Shown here: in pieces, positions 12,971 to 27,525 of the stretch | Layout of the letters: each line of letters starts with the position of its first letter | Numbering within the stretch: the first letter of the stretch is position 1 | Assembly: GCA_964016885.1 (NCBI GenBank) | Contig: OZ024745.1 | Span: 38,440,001 to 38,504,000, forward strand | Origin: Eledone cirrhosa | Lineage: Eukaryota | Length of the DNA stretch: 64,000 nt | Reading direction: 5' to 3' | Notes under the pieces: generated by a model | Told to the model about the DNA's origin: nothing | Database searches by the model: none | Seen by the model: the letters and a program-made list of their open reading frames with translations, nothing else | Translations under genes and position numbers: made by a program

Positions 12971-15076
12971 AGTGTATAGATCGATAGCAAATCAGTGGTT
13001 TTGGAAATATTACTACGGCGTTACTTCATAGTAAAATACACCAAAAAACTCACATAATTTAGACCAAGAATACGTGACCGTTACACATTCAATCAGTAGA
13101 TATGTAATGACTGAATAGATATCACCACTGATTGCCATAGTTGCGCAATTCCCGGCTGTAGAATATTTCAGTAGAGATAATCATCTTAATACTAAAACTA
13201 AATAACACTGCTCGCACCATAAATCTGACATCCTGTACCTCTAGATAAACGTAATTTATGGCTTATGTGTTTCTTAAACGAATTGCCGAATGCGTTCCTT
13301 ATTACCCTTGTAGTTATGAACGTACAGAAATGTTGGATATCATATGAAATTATATTGGCAGCTATACAGAAATAATATAATGCTTCCATACATTGAAACG
13401 CTTAAATGCCCATCCATTCGAATATCAACGAAACTTTCTTCCTAAGTACATACCTTTCTACCTATCTCCCTTGATAGCTGCCTGCCTCCTGGTTCTCTTC
13501 CTCCATGCCTCTATCGTAAAAAGATCATTTTCCATGTCTGTTTGTATGGATGGGTGTATCAATGAGTGTGTGTCTGACACACTTCATCTATCCATCTCTC
13601 CATTTCAAACACACATATATATATATATATATATATATCCATCTACCTATCTATCCATCCATCTATCTACTTTCTTCTGTTTCTCTGTATGTGTATGTTA
13701 GTGCTTATGTGTGTATGTCTATGCATCTACTTATCTATATATCTATCTATCTATCTATCTATTCATCCATTTGTATATATTTTTCATCTAATTATCTAAT
13801 GTTCAATTGTAAATTATTTTGAGTTCATTTCTGCCCCCTATGTCGATACTCGAGTATCACGTATGGCTTTAGGACGGCCGGTGTTCAAAATTAACTATTT
13901 GGATATCTAAACTATACATATTTCACCTGTTATTTATCCAAATTGTTCTATCAGAAACCAACGTAATTATCTTTATATTCGTGTCGACAACGTTGTAGAA
14001 CAACAAATGAAATGGTATCTACATAACTCTAGTTAAAGAGAAATGAACGATCACATAAGTAGAATACCACGTGTATAGACTGAGGATTGGACAATCTCTG
14101 TTGGATCACCTCATTACCTATTTGGATCTTGGCTATAACACTGATGATCTGATAATCACTAATGAATGGCGTTCTTGAAACTATGTGGCTTTTGTTTATA
14201 AGGGGGTTATTGTTTTACAATATTAGGATTTTTTCTGAAACAAAGAATGTAAACCCATGTAGGGATTGTGAATAGTTTTAAAGTGCCGTTGATGATTTAT
14301 GTGAGCTAGAATCAAAGACATATCAATCCGGTGCATAACTATAAATTAATCATTTGCGTATGCAAATATGCATTTATGCCCCTGTGAGTTAAATTTTCTT
14401 TTTATATATGTGACACACCAGTAAATTATTTTAAAAGATATGTTCTCATGTGATGACTGGAAAAATGATTCTGTCTTAATTTAAATGTTCTTCATATATC
14501 ATTTACCATAATATTCTACCAAGCATTCAAAGATTACATAATAAATTTCATTGTTGACAGACGTTTAGAAATTCGAAAAGAACTACATGGGAAATGAGGG
14601 TTATTTTAATTCACGTATTACTAATAAAATACCGATTTTCTCTGAATATCAGGGAATATATGGTTGACTAAATGGTTAAACAGATGCATGTGGTTTTGTT
14701 AGGTTCAGATTTCGATTTAAAGATCTCTGAATATATGATGTAATCTGCAAACCGGTTTCCACCAACATGTCAAGATAGGGCAGTTATAATCAACTTTCAG
14801 TTATTTACTAAATATCAACAGCCCTTTGTGAAAATCTTCCTAATACTTATTCGAATCAAGTTTCATAAAAGCCATAATTAAATACAGAGAAACATTAATC
14901 AAAATTTAGCAACTTAATTAATTTAGCAATTCAATTAAACCCATGTTTTGATTTAGAGCCCAAAAAGCATTATCCGTAGCCACAAATATAATGACCTTAT
15001 ACGCGATTCATGCCATGTATGTGGTGAATAGCAAGGGATATTGTCCAAATAGTACACTTATAAACCAATATGCTCA

Positions 15077-15140
<64 letters not shown>

Positions 15141-15351
15141 GGTGTTGGATGCTTAAAGCGTCCGAATGCGGTAGGCCGTATGAGCACTCGATGCCCTCGT
15201 AGAGCAGAGTATGATATCACAGGAAAAAGAGATTCAGTGTTGCGACGAAAGGAATGTATTGGACATAACACAATTATTTCTTGAGGAAAATCTGCTTCGT
15301 AGAATCGACACGTATTCAAGGACCGCGCGATTTCAGAGTCATAGTCAGTTT

Positions 15352-15382
<31 letters not shown>

Positions 15383-15720
15383 CTATATCAATATAATAAG
15401 ATCAATTTATATCCAAAATTAGCAAGCACATGACAAATCCTAGGTATTTATTCATAAGCACATTTAAATGAATTTACAGTTTCAATGCTATACATAAATG
15501 TACATACAGACACATTCATATCTACGCTCACACACGTGCGATGGTAGTATGTGTGTACCAACGAGATAATGGGAGAATGCCGTGTATTTAACATGGAGAG
15601 GGTCCCAAATAATATGAGGGGTGGCAATAATGTGTGTGTGGGTGTCTTAGGAAATGGAAACATGTTTAGTTTACGATCGTAATTATGGGATTTCTTGTAA
15701 TGTAGTATTTTTTTATCGTA

Positions 15721-16359
15721 TACTAGCAGTGGCACCCGGCGTTGCACGGGATAATGTATTGTGAAATATATAACCGCCTTAGCTAAGCTTAGTATTGCAA
15801 CAACCACGGCTGGCAAAGAAGTAAGGGTCTGGTGGTACGTAAGTAAGCAACAGTGTGGCTTAAAACGTGAGGAAGAGGTTGTGAGCACTTACCAACTGTT
15901 TGGGGTATGAATGTGAGATTTGTCTTGAGCAAAGGTGGCATAATAATCGGAGGCAGCAGACAGCGAGACCTATAGACATATATTATAAGAGTGCGTTCTG
16001 GATGCAGAGCGTATTGTAGGAAGTGACGTAATGCAGACAGCTAGACATACAGAAATATATTATAAGGGCGCGCCGAGGTCGACTTTGCCTTTCATCCTTA
16101 CGGGGTCGATAAAATAAAGTACCAGTAATGCACTGGATAATTGCTGGCCTTGTGCCTAAAGTAGAAACAATTATAAGGGCGCGACGCTATATTTATGTAT
16201 CATCTAAAAAGAGAAAGACTAAGAATTATAGAGAGATATCGCTAAATCGCCTAATGCCGTCCCTAGGGCATTGACAATTTGAACTTTTTTTTTGCTCAGA
16301 ACACTCCCTGAAACATAAGTATTACATGTGTAAAGTTTGGGTGCGTCTCTCGTTTTAGG
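15721..16359 (+). mobile_element. Helentron-associated (HINE/DINE-like) non-autonomous element, interrupted
   Basis: Starts tactagcagtggcacccggcgttgcacggg, the same terminal motif and hairpin as at 45827. Internal catgtgtaaagtttgg motif. Cut by the PLE at ~16360. Confidence 0.55.
16073..16169 (+). mobile_element. 5'-truncated SINE with 14-bp target-site duplication
   Basis: attataagggcgcg at 16059-16072 and at 16170-16183 flanks the core plus tail. Confidence 0.85.
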
Positions 16360-17938
16360 GTGGTGGTGGAAGGTGCAGTACGCCACCATCACGCATACAG
16401 ACAGACAACAGGTTTACCCATGGTATCCAGCCTATCGGGCCTGCTGGCCATCACCTACATGAACCAGCTAGAATGCCGAGCCCTCAACACCTGCCATCCC
16501 CATGCCTTCTTCACCCGATATGTAGATGACATACTCATCCTCACATCATCCCGTGAGGAGGCAGATAAAATATACACAACATTCTCCAGCATGGACGCCA
16601 GTATAAAGTTCAGCATGGAACACCCCGATGACCGCGGATCCTTATCCCTACTGGACTTCCAACTCAGGGTAACAGAGGAAGGCAACATCCACACCAGCTT
16701 CTATAAAAAAGCCGCCAGCAGGGACCTGTTCGTACATTTCAGATCGGCCCTCCCACTCGGTGCCAAGTTCGGATACATAAGGAACGAACTGGCACGTATC
16801 CGGAACAAATGCACCGCCGCTAGAGACCGAGACACACACACCACACATTTCCTGGAAGTACTCAAACTGAACGGATACACGACATCCACCACAAACCGTG
16901 CCAGAAAGAACAGAGGCAACCACACCCGAGGCACTAACACTTGCTTCCTGAAGCTCCCACACTTCAGTGAAGAAACAACAACAGCCATCCGCAGAGCCAT
17001 CAGACGAGAAGGACTAGATATCCAACACACTCCACCAGAAATGACAACTGCTGCAGACTAGCCAACTGCCCCATCAACGACACAGACCTATGCCACCAGG
17101 CTTACGTCGTATACAGACTAGAGTGTGACAAATGCAACAACTTCTACGTAGGTAGCACCACCAGACCACTCCACATAAGAATACAAGAACACCTCAATAC
17201 TAACGCTTCCTCATTTAAGAAACACCTAGTTAAATGCAAAAACACCGACAAAACCATAACAGTTAGGATAGAAACTAAGGAAAGAAACCTCGGCAAGCTT
17301 AGAATTAAGGAAGCACTAATTATAGATAAAACACAACTACCTATCAATAATAGACTAGAACTCAACACCCAATTTATAACCTGATAGGGCTTCTAGCCCC
17401 ATATTTACACACCCCATACACACACACGCACGCACACACAAACACACACGCTTACACCTCCACTTATTCTCTCTCACACATACACACACAAAACCAGTTC
17501 TAACACCAGATAACACCTATCCCTCACATTTACGAATAAACTTATCATCTCACACACACACACACTCACATACTTACACCTTCATGCATTCTCCCACACA
17601 CTTAAACAGGCATGTATATAAAAAAAACGCAAAAAAACCCTAAACAAATCCCTTTTAAAGGGAGACTACTCTTTATCCACCTAATTTTAACTCTTTGACA
17701 AAGAGATAGAACAGATACTCTATACTATTTCCTGTCAGCATGGCTTGGCAAGATATTTAGAACGCTGGTTTGAGACCTTTATTTCCCTCTGAAGAAGAGA
17801 TATTATCTCGAAAATTAAGGACGTTTAAAATAAATCTAAGGTAAAAGACCAATTGTCAACAATATCTTTTGCAATTGCATTCTTTTTTCTATGTCCATAC
17901 CTGCATTGATTTGGCTTTATTATACATATCCAAACGTT
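16360..17938 (+). mobile_element. Penelope-like element, 5'-truncated (RT + GIY-YIG + 3' pLTR with HHR)
   Basis: RQTTGLPMVSSLSG and TRYVDDIL in the RT. After a frameshift: Cys-rich linker CRLANCPINDTDLC, then VVYRLECDKCNNFYVGSTT..RIQEH..EALII..NN. Ends in (TA)n. Confidence 0.92.
17784..17822 (+). ncRNA. Minimal type I hammerhead ribozyme in PLE pLTR
   Basis: tccct CTGAAGA a-gagat att atctc GAAA AT TA agga. Stem III reduced to the palindrome AATT; stem I is short. Confidence 0.7.
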
Positions 17939-17988
17939 TATATATATATATAATATATATGTGTATATATATATATATATATATTATA

Positions 17989-18060
<72 letters not shown>

Positions 18061-18065
<5 letters not shown>

Positions 18066-18286
18066 AACAAATAACGAAACGAAATTAAATTTCGTTTCGT
18101 TTGTAACTCACTTTTGTATGACTGACGCTTAAACAGTTAAGTTAAAAATGTACATCCACATATGTATACTGAAATACTAGTATGCATATGAATACACACA
18201 CGTATACATATGTAGATGTACCGAGTTTTTCACTGGTCACTTTACTGTGAGTGTCCAGCTATTCTGTATGTAAACACACAGACAAA
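18061..18286 (-). mobile_element. Fragment of the 465-nt retrozyme-like family (see 38313-38959)
   Basis: Near-identical in reverse to 38797-38959 continued by 38490-38541. Flanked by (TA)n. Confidence 0.88.
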
Positions 18287-18292
18287 AAAAAA

Positions 18293-18304
18293 ATATATAT
18301 ATTA

Positions 18305-18356
<52 letters not shown>

Positions 18357-18426
18357 GTATATATATATATATATTATATATGTATATATATATATATATA
18401 TATATTATATATGTATATATATATTA

Positions 18427-18504
<78 letters not shown>

Positions 18505-18600
18505 TATATATGTATATATATATATACATATATTATATATGTATATATATATATACATATATATTATATATATATATTATATATATGTATATATATATAG

Positions 18601-18653
<53 letters not shown>

Positions 18654-18720
18654 CTATATATTATATATGCATATATATATATATGACAAAAAAAAAATAT
18701 ATATGTATATATTATATATG

Positions 18721-18752
<32 letters not shown>

Positions 18753-18791
18753 ATATATATATTATATATGTATATATATATATATATATTA

Positions 18792-18831
<40 letters not shown>

Positions 18832-18875
18832 GTATATATATATGTATATATATATATACATATATATATATATTA

Positions 18876-18917
<42 letters not shown>

Positions 18918-19055
18918 GTATATATATATATACATATATTATATATGTATATATATATATACATATATATTATATATATATATTATATATATGTATATAT
19001 ATATATATATATTTTATATATATGTATATATATATATATATATATTATATATATG

Positions 19056-19095
<40 letters not shown>

Positions 19096-19145
19096 TATTA
19101 TATATGCATATATATATATATATTATATATATATTATATATTATA

Positions 19146-19196
<51 letters not shown>

Positions 19197-19222
19197 TATA
19201 TATATATATATATATATATATA
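18293..19222. repeat. ~930-bp degenerate (TA)n microsatellite with recurring tattatatatg interruptions
   Basis: Read directly. Source of spurious IYIY ORFs. Confidence 0.95.
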
Positions 19223-20476
19223 TGTAGATAAATCTACCAAGAGTTTACGGTAGTGTCCAATCCGTATGAAGAACTCAATGTATTCCGGATATCATGGAAA
19301 GAAGAAATGTAATGAAAAATCACTTTCGGTGAAAGATAAACGGTATACAGAGTCAAGATAAAATATTAAACAAATAATGAATAAACAATTCCTTATATTA
19401 AACAAAAAAAGTTCATTATTTAACGATCGTTTCTAGGATATATATGTGTTAGAGTTGGCATGCATATTCAACAGATCTATGTACAAAATTATACAAAATT
19501 ATACAAACTATCAAGATTAAATATACATACCAACACATATATACGCCGTCTTCAGAAATAATGAAATATATGTATTGATAATAACAACAATTCAAACTTT
19601 CAGGTCCGTTTGGGAACAAAATTGACCAATGAAAATACAAAAGGTTTAATGCCGTTCGGTGTGTGTATATACATGTAATAACCCTTACACATATTTTACA
19701 AAAATGTATGCACAACCTGTATACTCATACAAAAAGGATGGATGCAAATACAAAATTTCAAGGTTAATGTCTCTGTAAGTTTATAATGCATAGATAAGAT
19801 GCGTATAGATACATAAATATGAAATAAGTGTATACACATATTCTCATACTAACACATATCCGTACAATCACACATACACGCGCGTATATGCATAAACATA
19901 CACATAAACTACAAACATACAAACACACACACACCACCACTCACATATATATATGTGGATATAAAATCCTAAGCACATGGATATTAATTCACTCACATAA
20001 ACACTGGCACACACATTTAGATAAAGATACAGAAATTAGGTGGGAGGGGGGGGGAGGTCAGTATTCAACGGTTTGGGCTGCCTGCTTAATATAGATGTAT
20101 CTATAAACTAAGAAAATAAAAAATAATAATAAATAATAAATAAACATTAAAAAGGAAAGAAAAGAAAAAGAAAAAAGAAAAAAAAAAAAAGAAAAAAGAA
20201 ATATATCAAGAAAATATATATATATTATATATATATATATATAACTATATATATATATTTTTTATATATATATACATACATGTATATATACATACACATA
20301 CATACACACACACACACACATATACATATACACATACACATATACAAACACATACATACATATACACACATCCACACTTAGAACATAACATACACACACA
20401 TATATAAACATATACATATACACACATAGATACAAATACACACATACATATAAATACACATATATATATACATATA

Positions 20477-20540
<64 letters not shown>

Positions 20541-20828
20541 CACTCATACATACGCATATAATCACACATACTATATAGACACACATATATATACACACAT
20601 ACATACACATATACCTACACTTACATACATATATACATACAGATATACACATACATACCTATATATACACACATAATACATACAGACATATATACATACA
20701 TACAGACAAATACTTACGCGTCTATATATCGGTATATACATACAAACACCACTACACTCTCACACAACTCAGACATACAAAGAAAAAGGTATATACCCAT
20801 ACACATATACATATACAAATAGAGAAAC

Positions 20829-20887
<59 letters not shown>

Positions 20888-21113
20888 CATACATATACAT
20901 ATACACATACACACATACACATACAAACACATACATACATGTACACACACATAGATATATATACACACACACATACACACATACACATACATATATATTC
21001 ATACACACACATACACCTACACGAACATACACATACACATATACAAAGATATATATACACACACACACACACATACACACACACACATATATATAAAAAA
21101 AAAAAAATAAAGA

Positions 21114-21187
<74 letters not shown>

Positions 21188-22135
21188 CATACACACATAC
21201 ATAGACATATATGTACATACATACATATACATAGATACATACACATACATACATACATATATATATATACACATAGACATATACATACATACACACACAA
21301 CATACATACACACATATATACTCATACATAGAATTAGATATATAAACATACATACATACGCACTTACATATACTCATATATACCAATACAAACGCATCCA
21401 TATATGCGTATATACATAGAAACACCACTACACCCTCACACCAACTCAGATATACAAAGAAAAAGGCATATACATATACATATATACACGCATTAATAGA
21501 GATATATATACACATATATATATATATATATATATATGTGTGTACACACATACACTTATATACATATACCCACACACACATTGTATGTTTGTAGTTTATG
21601 TGTATGTTTATGCATATACGCGCGTGTATGTGTGATTGTACGGATATGTGTTAGTATGAGAATATGTGTATACACGTATTTCATATTTATGTATCTATAC
21701 GCATCTTATCTATGCATTATAAACTTACAGAGACATTAACCTTGAAATTTTGTATTTGCATCCATCCTTTTTGTATGAGTATACAGGTTGTGCATACATT
21801 TTTGTAAAATATGTGTAAGGGTTATTACATGTATATACACACACCGAACGGCATTAAACCTTTTGTATTTTCATTGGTCAATTTTGTTCCCAAACGGACC
21901 TGAAAGTTTGAATTGTTGTTATTATCAATAAATATATTTCATTATTCTGAAGACGGCGTATATATGTGTTGGTATGTATATTTAATCTTGATAGTTTGTA
22001 TAATTTTGTATAATTTTGTACATAGATCTGTTGAATATGCATGCCAACTCTAACACATATATATCCTAGAAACGATCGTTAAATAATGAACTTTTTTTGT
22101 TTAATATAAGGAATTGTTTATTCATTATTTGTTTA

Positions 22136-22144
<9 letters not shown>
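19223..22144 (-). mobile_element. Non-coding PLE-type element with ~560-bp inverted duplication and long-stem-II HHR
   Basis: Arms 19357-19922 and 21581-22144 are near-perfect reverse complements. The spacer is CA/TA-rich. The terminus at 19223-19290 is homologous to 33309-33372. (TA)n on both sides. Confidence 0.82.
19412..19565 (-). ncRNA. Type I hammerhead with 115-nt stem II (mirror copy 21938-22090 +)
   Basis: ttcattattt CTGAAGA cggcg-tatatatgtgtt...aacacatatata-tccta GAAA cgatcg TT aaataatgaa. Confidence 0.78.
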
Positions 22145-22200
<56 letters not shown>

Positions 22201-22211
22201 ATACATATTTA

Positions 22212-22278
<67 letters not shown>

Positions 22279-22281
<3 letters not shown>

Positions 22282-23058
22282 GGAGGTGAGTTTTATTGTA
22301 GTACAATAAAGCAATGCAGATATCGGATAAGAAGCACTCTACAGTTTGTAGGACTGGAGTATACATAATATAAGATCAAAAGATGGTTAAAGGAGTTCCA
22401 TGTATTTTATTATGCGCATTTCAAAAACAAACATCATCATGCAATAATATTTGTGTTTTCATCAGATAAAACAGGAGAACATGATATGAAGGCTAAAAAA
22501 CACTTGTGGATAGTGCAGTTTTAAATCAACATATGAAAAGTGGTTTTAGATTGATGTGTGATATTGGGAAAAATATTTTGTTTAGAGAGGAGGGGGTGGA
22601 AAGGATGAAAAAGGGGAGGAGATGAGAGGGAGAGATGGGTGATAGAGAGAAAGAGATATATATATCTTCCTTCGTTAATTTTCAAATTCTTTTAATTTAT
22701 ACATTATCTTCCAACGGTTTTCAACCTCTCTATGTAAAACAATATATATTCTCTCAATTATAAAAACTATCTCTTTCTCTCTATCACCCATCTCTCCCTC
22801 TCATCTCCTCCCCTTTTTTATCCTTCCCACCCCCTCTCTAAATAAAATATTTTTCCCAATATCACACATCAATCTAAAACCACTTTTCATATGTTGATTT
22901 AAAACTGCACTATCCACAATTGTTTTTTAGCCTTCATATCATGTTCTCCTGTTTTATCTGATGAAAACACAAATATTATTGCATGATGATGTTTGTTTTT
23001 GAAATGCGCATAATAAAATACATGGAACTCCTTTAACCATCTTTTGATCTTATATTAT
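22279..23058. mobile_element. Fold-back HHR element with ~290-bp inverted arms
   Basis: 22365-22658 versus 22768-23058 are reverse complements. Flanked by (TA)n. Confidence 0.85.
22951..23019 (+). ncRNA. Type I hammerhead ribozyme (mirror copy 22404-22472 -)
   Basis: gttttat CTGATGA aaacacaaatattatt..gatgatgtttgttttt GAAA tgcgca TA ataaaat. Confidence 0.87.
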
Positions 23059-23069
23059 ATATATTTATA

Positions 23070-23105
<36 letters not shown>

Positions 23106-23305
23106 NNNNNNNNNNNNNNNNNNNNNNNNNNNNNNNNNNNNNNNNNNNNNNNNNNNNNNNNNNNNNNNNNNNNNNNNNNNNNNNNNNNNNNNNNNNNNNN
23201 NNNNNNNNNNNNNNNNNNNNNNNNNNNNNNNNNNNNNNNNNNNNNNNNNNNNNNNNNNNNNNNNNNNNNNNNNNNNNNNNNNNNNNNNNNNNNNNNNNNN
23301 NNNNN
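23106..23305. other. Assembly gap (200 N)
   Basis: Run of N next to (TA)n. Confidence 1.
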
Positions 23306-24002
23306 GGGACAGCACACTAATAGAACGCTCGGAGATAATGACATTTATGTACGTTTGCAAGTGACAAGCGCCAAACATTATTGTATGCTTTCAAAACGGA
23401 CAGTGTTAGATATCGTATGCATCTTAAAGGGGTTGTACTGGCATTTGAAAGATGCAAATTGTTTAAAGATAAATATATAATTAAGGATTTAACTGATAAG
23501 ATTCTCAACGCATGAGGACGTTAGTTAAATAACCAGTGTTATTTGATGATTATTGAAATAGTATGTACAAGCGTGCTGAATCGTCTAATCTAATTTGAAA
23601 TGTTGTCGTTGTTAGAGTTGTTGTTGGGTCTCCGTCGTTTCTAATGAACTATGCTCCACCTGATTCAGTCAATGGCACTGCTTGATCGTAAATTTAATGT
23701 GTACTTGGTAATACACGTATACCTGTATCAACGTTCACAAGCGTATTCATTCTTTGTAAATGTGTGGAAAGGCTTATTCCGTAAATTCCACGTACAACCC
23801 GGTTTGGTAGCTTAAGTAGGCGGGTGCGAAGTTAGGTAATTGTTGTTGAGTGTGGAGTTTTATATTCAAATGCAAATAAATGTACATCCTTAATCGAACT
23901 CATAAACGGATAATTATGAGGCAAGAATCATAACTACTAAACCAGGCACTTTCACATCTCAGTAGAGATATGACTAAAAAATAAACATATTGACCTGTTA
24001 CA

Positions 24003-24140
24003 TAATGGTTTCTCATCTGGACACAAGCCCAGCAATTTGAAGGAAGGAGAAAGTCGATTAAATCGATCCCAGTGTCTTAGTGGTGCTTTATTTTATCTAC
24101 CCCAGCGCGATTTGAACTCAGAACGTAAAGTGCCATAACC
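24003..24140 (-). mobile_element. SINE, degenerate (Meta/MESC-like family)
   Basis: Reverse B-box gatttgaactcagaacg, ggtgctttattttatc, and tail aatggtttct. Confidence 0.6.
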
Positions 24141-25799
24141 GAATACCTCTACATAATGCGATATCCTACCTGGCTTCAAAATTGTTTTCGAGTGAGGAGT
24201 CTTACATTCAAATGCCAATTTATGGAAAAACTAAACGGTTATACTATACTGTTGTGGATACGTGTGAATTAATGGTAAAACCATTGGTCACAGCTTTTTA
24301 ATTTCGTACGCGTTTGATACTTGGCCTTGGCGATACATTGTATCGTTGAGCGAAATGCCTTATTTCATATTATTCCCGTGAACTCGGGTGATACTGATTG
24401 TCATCAACAGATGGTGTGAAAGCCTACGATGGACTGACGCCATGTTTGGATTTTATCACCAGATAGGTTGTTACATTGTGTGCTTTACTGTAGGGCACTC
24501 AACCGAAGAATTATATGGGTTAGTCTTTGGATGGACTGGCATCCCGCCCAGAGAAACATATTGTTCTCTTCGCAGATAAATCAAAGCCCATTCAACTGGG
24601 ATAAGGCCCGGCCTGATGAGCCTTTAAACATTTAAAAACATATTTCACGGTCAGTAACGAGGAACATGTATACATAGAGAAATGCACATGTAGGGAGAGA
24701 AAGTAAGAAAGAGGGAGAGAGAGAGAAAGAGAGCGAGAGAGAAAGATATAGAGAGAGTATTCCAATCGAAAAGGTGGCGTGATAGATGGAGGACATATGA
24801 AGAGACACAGATTTGAAAGTTTAAAAGATGATAAAGAAAGACAGAAAGAAAGAAACAAGAAAGAAAGAAAGAGAATCAGGGGAAAAGGAAATAAAAATGT
24901 AATAGTGAGAGTGTAAGTTTATAGGAGAAAGAGTTACTGAGAGTTAGAGTAAGGCCAATAGAATAAGAAGAGATGACGGTAAATCAGAGAGAACAATAGC
25001 AAAGAGTGATGTTGTTGAAGAAGATTAAATGAATTAAAAGAGATGCATGCGGGGAAGACAGAAGCGAGAAATGAAGAAACAATAGAAAAATGAGAGGAAG
25101 GTGAGAAGTTGAGAAACAAGAAAGAAGGGCAAATGGGAAACGTGTGATAAAGAGAGAGAGAGGGGAAAACAAGAGCGAAAGAGAGGGAGTGGGTTGGGAG
25201 GATAGAAGAGGGATATACGAAGGTCTGAGAAGGAAGTTAGAAGACTGTGAATACAAACTTTAAATGATATCCGCCACCATGTTTGTGTCTTCATTTAACT
25301 GATATAACGACAGAATGAGACAGGGGTAGGGCAATTTAAACTTGTTAATATTGGTTAATTGATTAGTTACGTGACTGATGAATGATATCTGGCTTTGTAA
25401 ATAATTTACTTTAGTGATTGGACCAACAAATATAGATATCCGCTAGGTTGGTTCACTGATCATCTGTTTAATTAAAGACATGCTATTAATTAGATTTAGA
25501 TATATATGGAACTTTTACCAGTTCATTCCACGTGCTAGAAACATTCGTTCATTCGTTGATTCTTTGACTGCTAAGAGTAACTACATTGCAGCCATAGTGG
25601 GGCAACGCCTTGATCGGATTTATTCGATTATATCGATACTAACATTGATTCTTCTATACTGGTACACATGTTATCGAACGCTTCTTGTCAAACAAATTAA
25701 TGTGAGGACATAAACATATCTACATACTTCCCCCATACATATACGCGCTTCATTCCAAAATTAGGGTTAACTTATGTTTTATATAAAAGTATATTCGAC

Positions 25800-26035
25800 A
25801 TACTGGAAATTGGGAATTCGAAAAGTGGTTCCTACGTTTTTTTCATTGATCGTAGCAGAACCGGAACTCATTTTCTGTGAGTGTCTTTAGCTTGTCGGCT
25901 ACAATTTTTTGTATGTTTTCCACGGACCCAAAATGATAAGCTTCCACATTCGATTTCAAATTAAGGAATAGGTAGAAATCACAGGGAGCTAGATCTGGGC
26001 TGCAGGGTGGATGTGGAAAATTCGGAATATGCAAC
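25800..26035 (-). mobile_element. Tc1/mariner transposase C-terminal remnant
   Basis: PHPPCSPDLAPCDFYLFLNLK, matching the mariner YSPDLAP motif. Confidence 0.8.
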
Positions 26036-27389
26036 CAACAGAAATAACAGCTGCAAATAATAATTATGTTCTTCTGTATTTCGTTTTTATACGCTTAGTA
26101 TATTTTATTCTGACTGATGTTCATGTCATTCCCTATCAGGGATTAACACTGATTTGCAGAAATAACTCGCTTGAATATGGTTTATAACTCATTCACCTAA
26201 AGATGTTATAAGACAGAGAAAAGGGGACATTATTTTCAGGCCGGATAACATTCTCCTTGGCTATTTGCAAGTGTAATCCAGCGAAACATCTAACGAGTAA
26301 ACAAAGCTATTGAAACTGGTGGCAGATAAGATCTATGTAAAAGAATTATACTTCTGCAGTTTCCACGCAGTTTCCACCTACAACATTTCACTCACAAATG
26401 TTTGTCTATTGGAGAAGACACACGTTCAAGATGTCACGCAGTAGAATGAATCCCGATAAGCATAATTGTTAAACAGTGTTTTAAATCGCACATGCATTCA
26501 TGATGGTGATAGAAATATAGTACATACCTAGATCACATAAGAATCGTGATTTAACAAAGATAAAATTGCCAATGCTGTTTGTGGAATATATAAAGGTGAT
26601 CTAGCCGAGACTCTAATTCTTGCTTGACGCCTTGCCATAATACAGTGTAATTTGAATGAATGGGAAGAATTAGTATAAAATAATTTATTTAAAATTTACC
26701 ATTAACAATTTTCACGTGAGTGACATGAGATAACAGCCAATCCTCACTTTATGTCATAAACGTTAAACGAATATCTCGGTTATACAATAGTTCTCGTTCA
26801 AACAACATAGTGGGAAACACTCTTTAGATATTCTTACAATGTTTGCTGCCAGTCGATGAATACTAAAAAAATATAAAATATTTCCAAGTATCACTAATAT
26901 GTTGAATGATTTATCTGTATAAAAAAGTTTGCAGAGTTATAATGGAAACATTATTTAATAGCAGAAAATATGTTATGTTTTGGAAAACATTACATAACGG
27001 GAAATAACTTGAAAAACATAAAAAAAAGGATTTGCTGGTTAGGAAACATACAAAGCATATGTAATATAAAAATATATTTAGAATTATTTCAAAAAAGATA
27101 CCGACAATAAATATAGGTAGGCAAAATAGGTGTACAATCGTAAGTATTGAACAAAGTTTAGAGAAATAGTCGTTATGAAAGAAGTAGCTGTATTTCTGCC
27201 ACCACTTGACAGTGGCAATCGAAACCGTATTGATAATTCGAGCTACCAGGAACGGCTGTTGTGTTTACTGAACGACATTCTATCTGCCACAAACAAACAC
27301 AGCAAATGTATTTAATTTCGCGTTTTATTATGACTGCTTCGAACAATATGGTAAAAGTCAATATCTAAAAACAAAGACAAAAACCAACT

Positions 27390-27525
<136 letters not shown>

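Noticed and set aside
15275-15325. TTGAGGA-hairpin-GACA-CG-TA in a TA-flanked segment
   Set aside because: Two core mismatches and no stem I.
24605-24660. CTGATGA after a GC-rich stretch (similar cases at 50208 and 59666)
   Set aside because: No correctly placed GAAA or closing stems.
24680-25250. Long purine-rich tract with several minus-strand ORFs
   Set aside because: Low-complexity GA-rich sequence; the ORFs are compositional artefacts.
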